This document shows, in pieces, positions 45,901 to 59,200 of a DNA stretch of 64,000 nt (positions are counted from its first letter, which is position 1; each line of letters starts with the position of its first letter). The stretch is from assembly GCA_008632985.1 (NCBI GenBank), contig QPGO01000101.1, positions 248,001 through 312,000 on the forward strand. The letters run 5' to 3'. A program made the translations under genes and the position numbers. Below the pieces are notes generated by a model. It had not been told where the DNA came from and searched no databases. It was given only the letters and a program-made list of their open reading frames with translations. Origin of the DNA: Psammoneis japonica. Its lineage: Eukaryota.

Positions 45901-48900
45901 GGCGGACGACTCTCTTTTTTGTCACAGAAAATGTGGTGGCGATGCACTGCTTTTGACCCCCCATTGTGCCATGCCTCAACATTCATGTGTCCCACTGTTT
46001 TCACCAAGATCTCTGTTGTCTTTCTGACTGATTCATTGAAGACAATCAAAAACACAAAACATCTCTGCAAATTCTCAATCAGCAGACAACTCTCTTGTTC
46101 TTGTCACAGAAAATGTGGTGCGGCGATGTGCTGCTTTTGACCCCCCCATTGTGCCATGCTGCAACATTCATTTGTCCCACTGTTTTTACCAAGATCTCCA
46201 TTGACCTTCTGACTGATGCTTGTAGATTGGGTTTGTGTGTCAAACAATGGGAAGCCACTCAAAGAGTTGCTTTTGCAAGATGACAGACCGGTCGGAAGAG
46301 GACAGACCAATTTTCTGCTTGTGCCCTGGACAGTCTCTCTGCTGCCCGCTGGCAGCTGGAGTGGCCAGCAGTTGGTGGTTGTCCGTGCAGACACCATGAC
46401 ACCATGTGTGCCATTTCTGGCTGCGGCAATCCTGGCACTGATTCTATGAGACAGCACACAAGACAGCACACTTTGCATGAAAAAAGCTTGCCGGTGATTG
46501 ATTTGTGGCCCCCACCCCTGTGGCAGGGGAGAATGTGGTGATGTCATGGTTGTGTCACAGATTTGCATCTCATTCATTGTGTTTTCATGTGAGCATCCTC
46601 ACATGCATTTGTGCATTTGCACACAAATGCCAGCGGCAGCAGAAAAAATCCTGAACCACATTCTCCCCTAAAACTCTGACCTCCAAAATCCGGGGGCATG
46701 GAAATGCATTTTTTGCAGCTCTTTTCTTTGCACAAAAAACATGCGTTTTGACAACTCAACCATGATGGTGCCTCTTGGTTCTTCCCCATCCACTTCCCAG
46801 GATGCCGATCCCACTGATGCCGTTGCCAACAACAGTGACACAACAGGTGATGTCATTGTTCCGGTTCTCGTGGGTGTGATGCACACAAAATAAGATGCTG
46901 CAAACTCACACTGTTGTTTGCATGCTCCACCGCCTCCCACAGACATGCTGTCACAAACTCCAATGCCGTGCCTGCGTTTCGGGCCCCTGGCATGCCCAAT
47001 GCTGTTGCTCCTGCCCTTGCTGCTGCAGGCATTGTTGACACTGTCATTGTCTTTTGCCAATGATGTCTACAATGAAGTGCCAACAACACTTCTTTCATTC
47101 TTGCCCCGCCGCCTCCCAAAGGTGCTGCCATGAATTCAAGTGCCGTGCCTGCATTTGGCCCACCAGTGTTCCCGATGCTGTTCCTCCTGCCCTGGCTGCC
47201 ACAGGTGCTGTTGACACTGTCATTGTTTTTGCTTTGGAAGGAGCGCAGTGGATGATGGCGGACCAGGAAACCCTCACAACCATGGCCTGCTGATGGACGA
47301 GTGTTGGTGTCATGGCTCTCATGCTTTCTGTGTTTGTTCATGGTTTTCTGGTTTTGGTTCAAGGAAACTTCTGAAGCACTTGCAGCCCATGGGGCAAAGA
47401 CATGGTGATCAATTTTTCAGATGTCACAAGTGTCAACACCCGTGTTGCACAAGCATTCAGCAGGCTCTTTGCCTGCCCTTTGCTGGCCTGCAACATCAAT
47501 GGACGTGAGCAGCGCCTCTTGGTTGGCTCTTGAGTGCAGTCTAATCTTTGGAATGCACAGACACATTGTGCAGCTCTCTGTAAATTAGAAACCTGACAAC
47601 AATTCGATGCTTTCACTGTTTTTTAGTTTCAAGTTGGAGAGGTCAGCAAATTGGCATTTGTTTGCAGGTGACTTGGCAATGTTTCAAGTGGCACATGTGA
47701 CTTGGACACTGCTCCATTTTCCAGGACTGGGTCATCATGTGCAGCTCCATGAGATGCCACTCTTGCCATTTGAATTCTGCATGTGATGTGCAATGTGCTG
47801 TTTTGCAAGTTGCTAAAATGGGGGCAGGTGGCAACGTGCTTTTGGCAAACACTCACTGTGTTTGTCGCTGTTGTGCCTTCAAAACTGGCACCATGTTGAT
47901 GGCTGTGCTGCTGCATTGCATGCCGACACCTTCTCTGCCCGCATTCCAACAGCTGCATCCTCCTTCACATCATGTTGCTGCCGTTCATCTTGACACCTGT
48001 TGTTGGCTCCGATTGGTTCCGCTGGGCTCTGGGTGAGCCTCAATCACCTCCAGATGGAGGAGGTTGTGCTTGGGAGTGATGCTCCTGAGAAAAGTTGTCA
48101 CGATGCCTCCCATCATGGGTGCTCCTCTGCCATGCCCACGCCCATGCAAGGAGCATCGACCAGTTCATTGGTGCTCCTTGATCCTGCGCCTTTGTTGTTC
48201 CAAGCAAAATCGCCTCACTCTGCCACCACCAGGCCCGCTTGCATCCATGGCAGTCGGGTCATGAGCGGGATTGTTTTGCCTTGTTGTTGCATTGTGCTTG
48301 ATTGCAGCACTCAATGACAAATGGTGGCAATGCTGTCCATGGTCAATTTTGGATCCGGCAAAAATGGGCTCAAACTTCAGGATTGCAAATCTGCTGTGTT
48401 TGGGTTACAACAGCGGGTGTGATGGCACCGTCCAATGTGGGAGAGACTGTTGTGTCAGAAACGGCAGGCGGGCATGGGTGAAGTGGTGCAGGGGACGAAG
48501 AATGGGAGGTTGTCATGGTCAAGTCGTCAAAACGCGTGATGTTTTGGTGTGTGCGCTGTCTTCCAAAAAGTGCGTTTCTGCACCCCCGGTTTTTGGAGGT
48601 CAGAGTTTTGGGGGAGCTGTGGAACAGGAATTTTTGCTCATGGAACATGCACATCCATGTGGATGTTGACATTGAAGCTCAACGCATGGTGAAGCCGTGT
48701 GTGCGCAACCATGGACACACACACAGCTCCCCTGCCACGCACAGGGGTGCGTGCCCCCCGACTGTGACAAACTCATTTCTCATGTTTTGGATCAAGACAT
48801 CACATTCATGCCATGTGTTTGGTCCAAATGTGGCATCTGCATGGACGACCATTGCCAGTGGTCATCCGCACAGATGCCATGATGCCATGTGTGCTGTCTC

Positions 48901-50130
48901 TGGCTGCGGCAATCCTGGCACTAATTCTGCGAGATGGCACACAAGACAGCACATTTCGCGTAAAAAAAAGCATGCCGGCGATTGATTTGTGGCCCCCGAC
49001 TGCAATGCACTCATTTCTCATGCATTCAGAAGCCTTCAAATGCCACTTTAAATCGATTTTCCCTTGTGCCATCCACAAGCCCCCAAGCCCTGTGGTGTTC
49101 AATGCTTTGCTCTCAACGGCAAAACAACCAGGGAGCATTGGAAAAATTGTGGTGGCATTTTGGATCGAGATGCCACATTGACACTGCCCCATTTGGTCCA
49201 AATGTGGTGTCTGTGCGCATGACCACCAGCTGGCTGGAGTTCGTCATTGACAGAGCAGCAGCCGGCTGTCTCAAGTTTTGGAGTGATGCCTTCATCACGA
49301 TGACGGCAACAATGGCAGTGGCGGGTGGAGAGTTGAACATGTCTTTTTAAGCTGTTTAAACAGACCCCATCACTTGTGCACAGTCTCACCCAACATTCAT
49401 CACATCAATTGAGACAATGAACACCTGTTCTTCAAGTCCAAATGCAGCAGCTGGGCCTGCTCCTTCAAAAGTTGATGATGGCTCCATCACGGGACAATCA
49501 AAGTCAGTGTTGGGCAACACTCCATCCAGTGGCAGCAGCAAAGAGGGAGCGCCTGTGGAGCCAAGGACATCTGTTGGCACGGATGCATCGTGTCCTCTCG
49601 AAATGTTTGATTCATCCGATGACGATGATGATGACAGTGTGGAGGATGCAAGAAAGAAAAAACAATGAAACGAGACTTCACTTGTGAACTCCAACCAAGG
49701 AAATCAGAAGCGAAGTCACACCAGTGTTGACTCTGAAGCGGTGAACGAACCTGCACACAAAAAGAGTGCAAACAAGTCGAGTGATGATGTGGTTGTCATT
49801 GATTTGACTGGCACTGCCGGTGATTGTGGTGGTGACGGCTCATCAAGCAATGTGCTTGACCTTGCAGGAAATCTCGACCACAACAGTGCTCGGATCAGTT
49901 TCGGTTCCTTTCGGAAGAAACGAAGCAGCAGTCCATCCGAGAAGGCAGCAAAAAGTTCCAGACCAAGACAGTTTCCTCGTCCCAGCAGTGTTGCTGCTCG
50001 TGGTGGTGCCACCACAAAGCCACCACCACCTGGTGCTCAAGCAAAACAGTTGCCTCACGCCAAGCCGCCTCCCACATCAACATTGTTGTCAGCTTCTACA
50101 GCATCCAGAAGACAGTCATCATCATTCTTG
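43000..50130. repeat. Second TpA-depleted block of degenerate repeats
   Basis: TA nearly absent; contains tandem, direct and inverted repeat copies. Confidence 0.85.
44356..47365 (+). repeat. Near-perfect tandem duplication, 1504-bp period
   Basis: Identical ORF sets are offset by 1504 bp. One difference seen: acagcgac versus acagtgac. Confidence 0.95.
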
Positions 50131-52303
50131 TCTGCTGGGGCGCACTGAATTAATCTCACGTATTGGGCGGTGCCCCTGACCCCACTTCCACCCCAGATTG
50201 TCAAAATGTGTAAAACACCCCTGTTTTGTAAAACGCCGTAGTAACAAGCAGCGGCTTGGGTCGTCATGGTGCTTTCGACAGTCGAGTCGAGCAGTTTTTG
50301 GTGTTTGCGCATTCAAATCGCGCGCACTGACAGTGAATGTTCACTTCCGGGTTCCTTTTGGTTTGGGTTCGCCATCAAAAATGACCGACGACAGACCGAC
50401 GACAGACCGACGAATGCTCGAAAAAGCCAGCTACGTAGGATCCTACGTAAGATATAGGGTAATGAGCCAAAATGTGTGTTTTACACGACGAAGCACGTGT
50501 TTTACAGAATAACACGTGATTTTACGATTCCCCCCCTCCCCCCCCCTTCACCGCGAAGGTTGCGCCCAATACGTGAGATTAATTCAGCGCGCCCCTGTGC
50601 AAAAGAATCCACCAAAGAAGAAGTCACCGCCCGCTTCCCCCCAAAATGTAGCTCGCCTTCCGCAACGGTCACACTGCGACAGCGACTCTTCCGATGATGA
50701 TTGTGGATGGACAATGAGTCGCATCAGACGAGAACATAAGTCCATGCTACATGAGAATGGAAAGGAAGACGACCAAAAGCCACGAGCCAAGTCGTCACGT
50801 GTTGCGAGTCTACCCGAGGCGAGACGATTGAATGAAAAGGTTGGAAAGTGCAATGACAGAACAATGACAAGTGGAAGAGTTAGCTCGCAGAGCACCAAAA
50901 AGAAACTACCACCATTGATGAACAAATCAAAGTCCGAAGTTGTAGACTTATTGTCGTCGAGTGATTCGGAATCCGACGACAAAGTGTTTCCACACTTGGC
51001 AAAATTCGGCAATGTCGCAGCGGCGCCGAATGGAGAGGTTGCGAAAACAACAATGGCACCGGCCGCAGGAAGAGAAGAAGAGGATGAGATTGCTCGAGAG
51101 TTTGTGCAAAATTGAAAGACTCCCCAATAATCCAACGTGCCACCTCTGTTGCAGCGTCCACTGCAGCAGAAGGTAGCAATGACAATGACTTGATTTCGGA
51201 AGAGCCAGCCAAGTTTCCAGATCCAAAAAAGGTCGACCCCTACACGTACCAAGAGTTTTCTGAAATGTTGGGAGAGGCAAAAGAACTTTTCGGTCAAAAG
51301 TATGGAGACTGGAATAACTTTCGAAAGAACAAGCGCTTTTTTCGAAAGTTTGATAAGGAAGACGAAACGGACGCTCAGACTGGTGCCCAGCATGGCACTA
51401 TGGAGCCGCCCATGACAAAGGTTTGTCCAAATACAATTAGGTCGTATTGCCATCACGGACTTTTCCAACACTCACTGATCCTCCATTCGATTCTTGTGAA
51501 CGTAGGAGTTGGTTGAAACGATTTATCCGCTGAAGGAAGGTATGGTGTTTGCTGATGTTGGGTCTGGCGATGGAGTCGTTTGTCTTCAGGTGGCTCTAAC
51601 TACTGGCTGTGACGCACGAGGAGTTGAAATAATGCCGAATCGACATCACACTGCTATGCAAATGCATGGAATATTGCAAGAGCTGCACATTGGTATTACT
51701 GCCCGTTCCCACCTACATTCCAGCGATGGTGCGCCGCAAGAGCACCAAATCGGTCATGTCGACCTGAGGCGTGGCCAGTTTGAAAAACCTTTGTTTCGAG
51801 AGTGTCTATCGGAATGCGATCTTTTGCTCTGCAATAACTATAACGATGTCTTTGGGGAAAAGAGTCGAGTTGATGGTTCAGAGTACGTTCTTGATGACTT
51901 TCTGATTGGTCTTCTTTGCTTGATGAAGTCAGGGGCCGCATTGGTGACGCTGAACAAGATGAAGATTTTGAGTGAAAAGGAGGCAAAGAATCACCGATTA
52001 CAGCTAGGATTGGAAACGAATGAAGGTGACAATGCTTCGTTCTTTGACTTGGAGAAGTTTCGCTACGACGGCAACTCCGAGAATGCCGGCAAGCTGCTCT
52101 CTTTTAGAAAGACATTGCACGATTTCACGGCCTATCGATACACTCGAAACCAGGAGAAAGCGACGTTTCTATGTGCGACGAAAAGCTGTCCGAATGCAAA
52201 GGAGAATGTGCCGATCAGAGCTTGGCGGGAAGTGGACGACCGCAGAGTCGTTCTCAACAAGTGTGAACTTTGTGGCTCGTGCTCAATCGCTACGGTCAAA
52301 TGA
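49417..52303 (+). pseudogene. DOT1: DOT1-like (histone H3K79-type) class I SAM methyltransferase gene, disrupted
   Basis: HGTMEP..., VFADVGSGDG.V.LQ.A...GC...GVEI and LLLCNNY match DOT1 motifs; intron 51421-51505; C-terminal Cys cluster. The low-complexity N-terminus carries an in-frame TGA (49666), a MITE insertion and an apparent frameshift near 51110. Confidence 0.7.
50138..50594. mobile_element. Non-autonomous TIR element (PIF/Harbinger-type MITE), 457 bp
   Basis: 32-bp TIRs gggcgcactgaattaatctcacgtattgggcg / cgcccaatacgtgagattaattcagcgcgccc (1 mismatch); 3-bp TSD CTG at 50135-50137 and 50595-50597. Confidence 0.9.
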
Positions 52304-52489
52304 GAACGCAAGGCACCGGATCGCCTTGATCTGAATCATAGCAATTCCAAGAGATACTAGTTTGTTAATATCATAGAACCTCAGCTAGTATGCAATTTTG
52401 TGTTACAAAAGTCTTTTAGAATCCCCTACGGCTATGTGCCAGCAGCATTGACTGTGAACACACGCAAGGGGTTGATTCGTTTCAATCAT

Positions 52490-52937
52490 CAATTTCGCAA
52501 GTTTTGGCACGCTTCTTGTTGGGCATTGTAGGGGTCCATGAGCAACATCAGGGCGCTCTCATTGCGTTCATATCGCTCACCCCCTGCATACACGTCCATT
52601 TTCAATACCTCCTCCTGAGTAGAACCTTCAAAGGCGACTCGAACGTGATCAAAGTGAAGTTGTTAAGGCCTCGGTAGTTGGCGCATATGCTTTGGAGAAT
52701 CGGAGGCAACCCATCAGCGTGGCGCGTGCTCTTCCGAATGACGCGAATTAGGCCCTCGACAATCTTCGGAGGAAGAACAAAATAAAAATCCTCGTAGAAG
52801 TACTCGTCGTTAGATGGCTTGTTTTCAATCTCTTGCAACTTGAATGCGACCGCCTCCCAACTGCCATCGTTCTTACCCTTGGCCGCCTTGGAAAGGACAG
52901 CTTGAAGGCTATCATCTTGCCCACCGTTGATGTTCAT
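52490..52937 (-). CDS. Small hypothetical protein, possibly frameshifted near 52605
   Basis: 111-aa ORF of normal composition; a protein-like continuation (VLKMDVYAGGERYERNESALMLLMDPY) follows in another frame. Confidence 0.35.
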
Positions 52938-53253
52938 GGTTGATGCTTTGTTTCATGGTAATTGTGTGTCAAATTTTGAGCACACAAAAATAAGAGTGAG
53001 AGGAAAACCGTGAGGAGTAAGACAACACCAGCGTAATGGCGGTTCCAAAGTCGAGGAGTGGCCCCGAATTCGTGTATGAAGTGTATGGATATAAAAATCG
53101 ACCAAATGCATGTGCTGATGTCATAACACATACCCGAACACATGCATGACCAGCCAGGGGAGGAAATGAGCCATATCCATATTGGGAGAGCGCAACACAA
53201 TGGCGTTGTAGGTGGTGGGGCCTATACTTGCCCCTTCGAGAAACAGAAATCAA

Positions 53254-56200
53254 CTAATCCAATGAAAACACACGTGCATAGCCCGACGACTCATTCCCAT
53301 TGCTGTTGCTCCATCGAGCACCAACTCCAACCACAGTTCCGTTTGCCACTAAAGACACGGCAAATCCGAATGTGTCGGGTGTAGTCTTACCACTCAATTT
53401 TTCACCCACCTGAAACCATTCACTTGCGTCCGCGTCGTATCGAAATATTTCAACTTGGCCGAAGAAATTTTCACCGTTGACGTGTCGGAGGGGACTCCCA
53501 ATAGCAACGTCAGTTCCAGTTCCACTTAAAGACAAGGTACCGAGAGCACCAAAATCATCGTTCCTTTGTTGACTGATAATGGTTTGGCCACGCCGTGTCC
53601 ACGTCGAGCTGGCTTGGTCATACTTAAAGACCGAAACTCTTCCTATCCTTGTCTTGTCTGCAGGATCGCCAGGTGCCCCAGCCGCAATGACTACACCATC
53701 ATCACTGAGAGATACCGATCTCCCAAATTCACCCCATCTAATCGCACCGTTGATTGGGTCACCCAATGGCTCCCAATTTGACGCAGTAGAATTATACTCA
53801 TATATCAACACCTGGCCAGTTCTGGTTCCACCAAAATCATTTCCACTCGCTCCAATGCCAACAACTGTTCCCAAGCGATTCAACGAAACAGCCGTACCAA
53901 AGAAATCCAATTCAACTTTGCCCAAAAGAGGCTGCCCAAGCTGTTGCCATGATGATGTATCACGATTCAATCGAAAAAGACGCACCGACCCAGAAAAGAG
54001 TCCATTCTGCGTGCTATCGTTTACCGCTCCGACGGCAAGTATATCTCCAGCACCAGCGATAGATATGGAGAAGCCGAACAAATCACCACTAACTTGACCA
54101 TCAATGTCACTTCCAAGCTGGACCCAACTATCTAGGACGCCGTCGTACTCGTACACTTGAACTCGCCCGGCATTCTGACCGGTATGGACGTTAGACCTGG
54201 CTCCTACAGCCAATATAGTGCCGTCGTCATTTAACGAAATAGAATCGCCGAAACCGTCACCATTGGAGAGTCCAATCAGGTTTTGGCCCATCGGCATCCA
54301 ACTACTGGTGTTTCGATAAAATCTCGAGACGGAAACATAGCCGGGACCGGGATTTTGGACTGCCCCCACCGCCATGACACTGCCGTCCCGTGACAAGGAT
54401 ATTGAGTCTCCAGCATGATCAAATGAAGCCTTGCCAGTAAAAACTTGGCCCAGTGGCTTCCATTCTCCGGGAACAATTTTCGTAGGGGCAGGGGTGATTG
54501 TTGGGGGCGCGGTTAGCCTTCTGGTTGGAGCAGGGGTGGGCAAAACGGGATTGACGGTGAACATATACACTGATCCCGAATCTTCACCATTAATATCACG
54601 TCCCGTAGCCCCAACTCCCACAACTCTCCCGTTTGCCGACAATGCGACTGAGGATCCGAAATTATCGAGCCTTTCCTCGCCATCGATGCTGTTTCCGGCC
54701 CGTAACCATTGCTTTTTTTCCATGTTGTATTGAAAGATTGCAACCTGACCAACATTTTCGTTACTTTCGCCCAAATCACCGTACCTGCGACTTCCTACTG
54801 CAAGCACACTACCAGTTCCGCTCAAAGACACGGATGAACCAAACTGATCATTTCGCTGCTGACTCATAAGAGTTCCGCCACGTTTTGTCCATGACTTCGT
54901 CGTGCGATCATATGCATAAACAAGTACCCTTCCAACCAATGACTCGTCCATAAAATCTCCCGGCGCTGCCACCGCAACGACTAATCCGCTGTCGTCAACA
55001 GAAACTGAACGCCCGAACCAACCATCGAGTTCTTGCCCATTTATTGGGCCACCTAGTTGTTCCCACAACGTCGAAGAATTGAGTTCGTAAACAGATACCT
55101 GACCTGCGTTATTTGTACCAGAGTCATTACCGTATGCTCCAATAACAACAATTGTCCCTGAGCGACTCAAGGAAACTGAAACACCAAATTGATCATCAGG
55201 AGCTTGACCAATGAGCGTCTGTCCAAGTTGAGTCCACGATGATGTGCTGCGGTTGTGTTGGAACACTCGAACTGATCCAGAATTCTCACCGTTGTCCGTG
55301 CTCTCCAAAAAAGCCCCTAGCGCGAGAACTGCACCGCTGTCCGAAAGAGAAACGGCAAAACCACTGCGATCCCCCGCTGTCTGACCGACAATGCTATTGC
55401 CCAATTGAACCCAATTATCTATTGACTTGTTGAACTCGTACACTTGCACAAAACCTGCACTGCGTCCTCCGCTATTCCTTTCGTCTGATCCTACGGCGAG
55501 TGTCAAGCCATCTCCACTCAATGACACCGACACTCCGAACGTGTCTATGCTTGTTCTTCCCACCAAATCTTCGCCCACTATTGTCCACTCCTCCGTGTCA
55601 GGGTCGATCCTAAAAACAGAAACATAACCGGGACGACGACCTAAGCTCTGTTCTGCTCCTACTGCAACGATGCTACCGTCGCGTGAAACGGCAATAGATA
55701 CACCAAACAAATCTGTTGAAGCCCTGCCATTCAAAACTTGTCCTAATGGGCTCCATTTATTGAAAGGGAGCTGAGAAGGAGCAGAAGTGCTCGTAGGGAA
55801 GGTAGTAGGTTGCGTAGTAGTCGGAGCTGGACTCTTTGATGGCGCAGCTGTGCCGCTATCAAAGATGAAAGGAGATTGAAACACATAAACAGATCCTGAA
55901 TTGGCACCGTTGTCGTCGCTATGAGGTGCTCCAACTCCGATCAAGGTGCCGTCTCCTGACAACGACACCGACGATCCAAATGCTCCAGATTTGGCCTCAC
56001 CAATTAAGCTTTCGCCGAATTGAATCCAACTTCTTGTAATGGTATTGTAATTATAGAGTGTAACTTGACCTGTTTCTCTCAACAAATTGACAGTATTCGC
56101 GTTGGCATCACGAAAAGGACTTCCAACGGCCAATACATTTCCATTGCTGCTCAAAGACACAGACAGTCCAAAATAATCCCCGCTCTGCTGCGTAATAAGA

Positions 56201-59200
56201 GTTTGACCTCGGCTTGTCCATTCTGACGTGGCACGGTCATGGACGAACACCGAAACCCTTCCGGTATGACTTCCGGCCTGACTTGGGAGTCTGGAACCAA
56301 AAAAAGTTCCTGGCCCGCCCACTGCCATTACCATTCCACTATCATCAAGAGCCACAGATGAACCAAATCCCCCTCCTTTGACCTGTCCATTGGTTGAATT
56401 TCCCAGTGGTTCCCATGACGATGATGGCGGATCGTATTGAAACACCGACACCTGACCAGCGTTTGATAGACCACCCGAATCATTGTCAGGTGCTCCGATG
56501 GCAACAATCGCACCAGAGCTGCTCAAGAAAACTGACGCACCAAATTCATCATAAGTGGCTTCACCAACTAATTTCTGCCCAAGCTGATTCCATACTCTTT
56601 CTCCGACATTGTATCGGAAGAGGTGAACTGAACCAGTGTTGGAGCCATCATCAGGCTCGCCATGCACAGCTCCAACGGCGAGGATGGCGCCCGAATCTGA
56701 AAGAGACACAGAAGCACCAAACCGATCGAAACGAGCTTTCCCATGAATGTCATTGCCAATTTGGATCCAACGATCTGTCCCGTCGATGTATTGGAAAACT
56801 CGCACGTGCCCCGCGTCGTTCCCGGGTGCTCCGACGGCGACAATGGTGCCATTACCGTTCAATGAAAGTGAGTTACCAAAGGCATCTCCAATAGCTTGGC
56901 CAATTAGCTCTTGACCAACAGCTGTCCACTCTTGGGTGTCCTGTTTCCAGCGAAATACCGACACGTAACCGGGAATAGAATTGTACTGCCCAGTTCCGAC
57001 TGCCATGATACTACCGTCACGTGACAAGGATATGGAGGCTCCAACACGATCAAACGAAGCCTTGCCAGCAAGGACTTGCCCGACTTGTGCCCAGGATGAA
57101 CGTGTTGGACTTATGGTTGCGCCTGGAGACAGCGTAGGAGGCCGAGTGGGCGGCTTAGTAAGCGGGTCCTCGTCGGGCGATACGATGAAACTGACATTTT
57201 CACGGGCAGCAAATTGCCCCCCAGCCGCCAAAAGATTGCCTCCTGTAGATACACCGTAATGTATTTTGTAATATCCTCCGCAACAAAGCCCATCACCAAA
57301 GGAGTCCTCTATTGTAAATACGCACTTCGCCCCTTCGGTTATCCCCATGATGGCCATATTTGTCAGAGCGAACGGTCTTTTGCTTAGAAGATATCCCTCC
57401 ACAAATGGAACCTCATCACAGAACAAGGATATCGTTGTCTCCGTCCTCCTGCCGTCCAGCTGAATAGAAATGAAGACGGCCGCTGTACCGGCTGTCACGA
57501 AGAACGGAAAACTAGGCTGAGAGTTCAAACCTTCCCAAAGATGCATTTGCGAAGTGTCGATAATGACTGGGTTATCTTCAGGGGCGCCTTCGCCATAGTA
57601 AACTCGAAAGCTCTTCAAGTCCTGCACACTGGACACTGACAACAAACAGAGACTACCTTCAGGAATGAGAAAAGTTTGGGTTATGTTTGTTCGTTGGAAC
57701 TCCATGGCACCATAACTTCCTTCCGTCGCATTTCCAATCGTTACCCCACCGCATTCGAGTGACCAAGCAAGGTATTCAGGGTGGTTGTCCAGGTCGAGAG
57801 CAAGGGTCAAGGGGACCGGCGGTCCTGAAGTGACAGATGGTGCTGCGGAAGTAGTCGGAGTTGGCATTGGGGTGGTGGTTGTGCCCTCTAGTTCAAAAAC
57901 CCGAACTTGACCGTCGTCCGGCTGCTTACTATTGTGACGCGGTGCACCTATAGCCACTCGACTTCCATTGTACGAAAGGCTTATGGTTCGTCCCGAATGG
58001 TCCCAATCAGAGGTTCCTTCAATCGGTGTGCCGATTGTTGTCCAAGTTTCCCCACGCAACTCGTACAGCCTCACAACACCACGGCCCTTGAGGTCACCGT
58101 TGAGCGATTCGGCTAAGACAGACACAGCCAACCGCTTACCATCTCGAGAAAGTCTTGAAACAATGGGATACTTTTCAGACTGCAAACCGGAAATGAGGGC
58201 GTACTGCCCTCTATCATTATCTCTCAGCTCCAACCCAAACTGAAAAATGTTGACGGTATTTCCTATTTGAATCCATTCGTCCCTGGACTCTGCGTACCGA
58301 TATACTTTCACATTTCCGTCGTTGTTTCCCACAGTATAAATGTCCTCGCTTGCCCCTCGGTAATTTGAACTAACTGCAATCATTGTGCCGTCGGCCGAGA
58401 TAGACACTCCAGATCCAGCCTGTTCTCCTTGCTTACCCAAAGTGTCTTCGCCTTCTCCGACATCGCCTTCAATATCTTGTCCTAGTTTCATCCATGAATC
58501 AGTTTCTTCCTGATACTCGTACACTCTGACATGCCCGGTATAAACTAACCATTCGATGCTAGCCTTTCCTAGATTATCCGGAGCACCAATGACTATTCGA
58601 TGCCCATCTGCACTGAGATCCACACTAGTGCCGAATTTGTCTCGCCGCGCTTCACCTACAAAATCAGTAGTTCCCAGGTCTTTCCATCGAGAAGAGGTAT
58701 AGTCAAAGATTAGCACCAAAACATAATTTCCTCTTGAAGACCCAACGGCAAGAATCTGTCCATCTTCGGAGAGTGCCATAGAACTGCTGTCGTAGCTGTC
58801 GAGGGAAAGTGGTACGCTTTCATCATCTCTGTATTCAAAATCGTCATCAAAATCACCGGGGCGTTGATAAACGCCGTCAGGAGGCCTGAAGCCACCGATC
58901 ATGTCGCCTTTTGATTTTCCGAATATTGGCCCACCTTTTGGATCCCACGTCCCAAAAGAAACTTCTGAGTAAACTTGGACCATTCCTGCTTGTTCGTGTT
59001 CTTCACTGTTGCGGCGTGGGACGCCAATTGCCAGGACGGCACCGGTGTCAGATAAAACAATGTGGTCAATAAATCCCGAGGGTACTGGGATTTCCCCAGT
59101 CTGTACCCATAAGCCATTCTCAGCACTAAAGTCATACACCTGGACTTTCTTGTGGTATGGGGCAGCAACCACCAACCGCTTTCCATCAGCAGAGAGCTCT

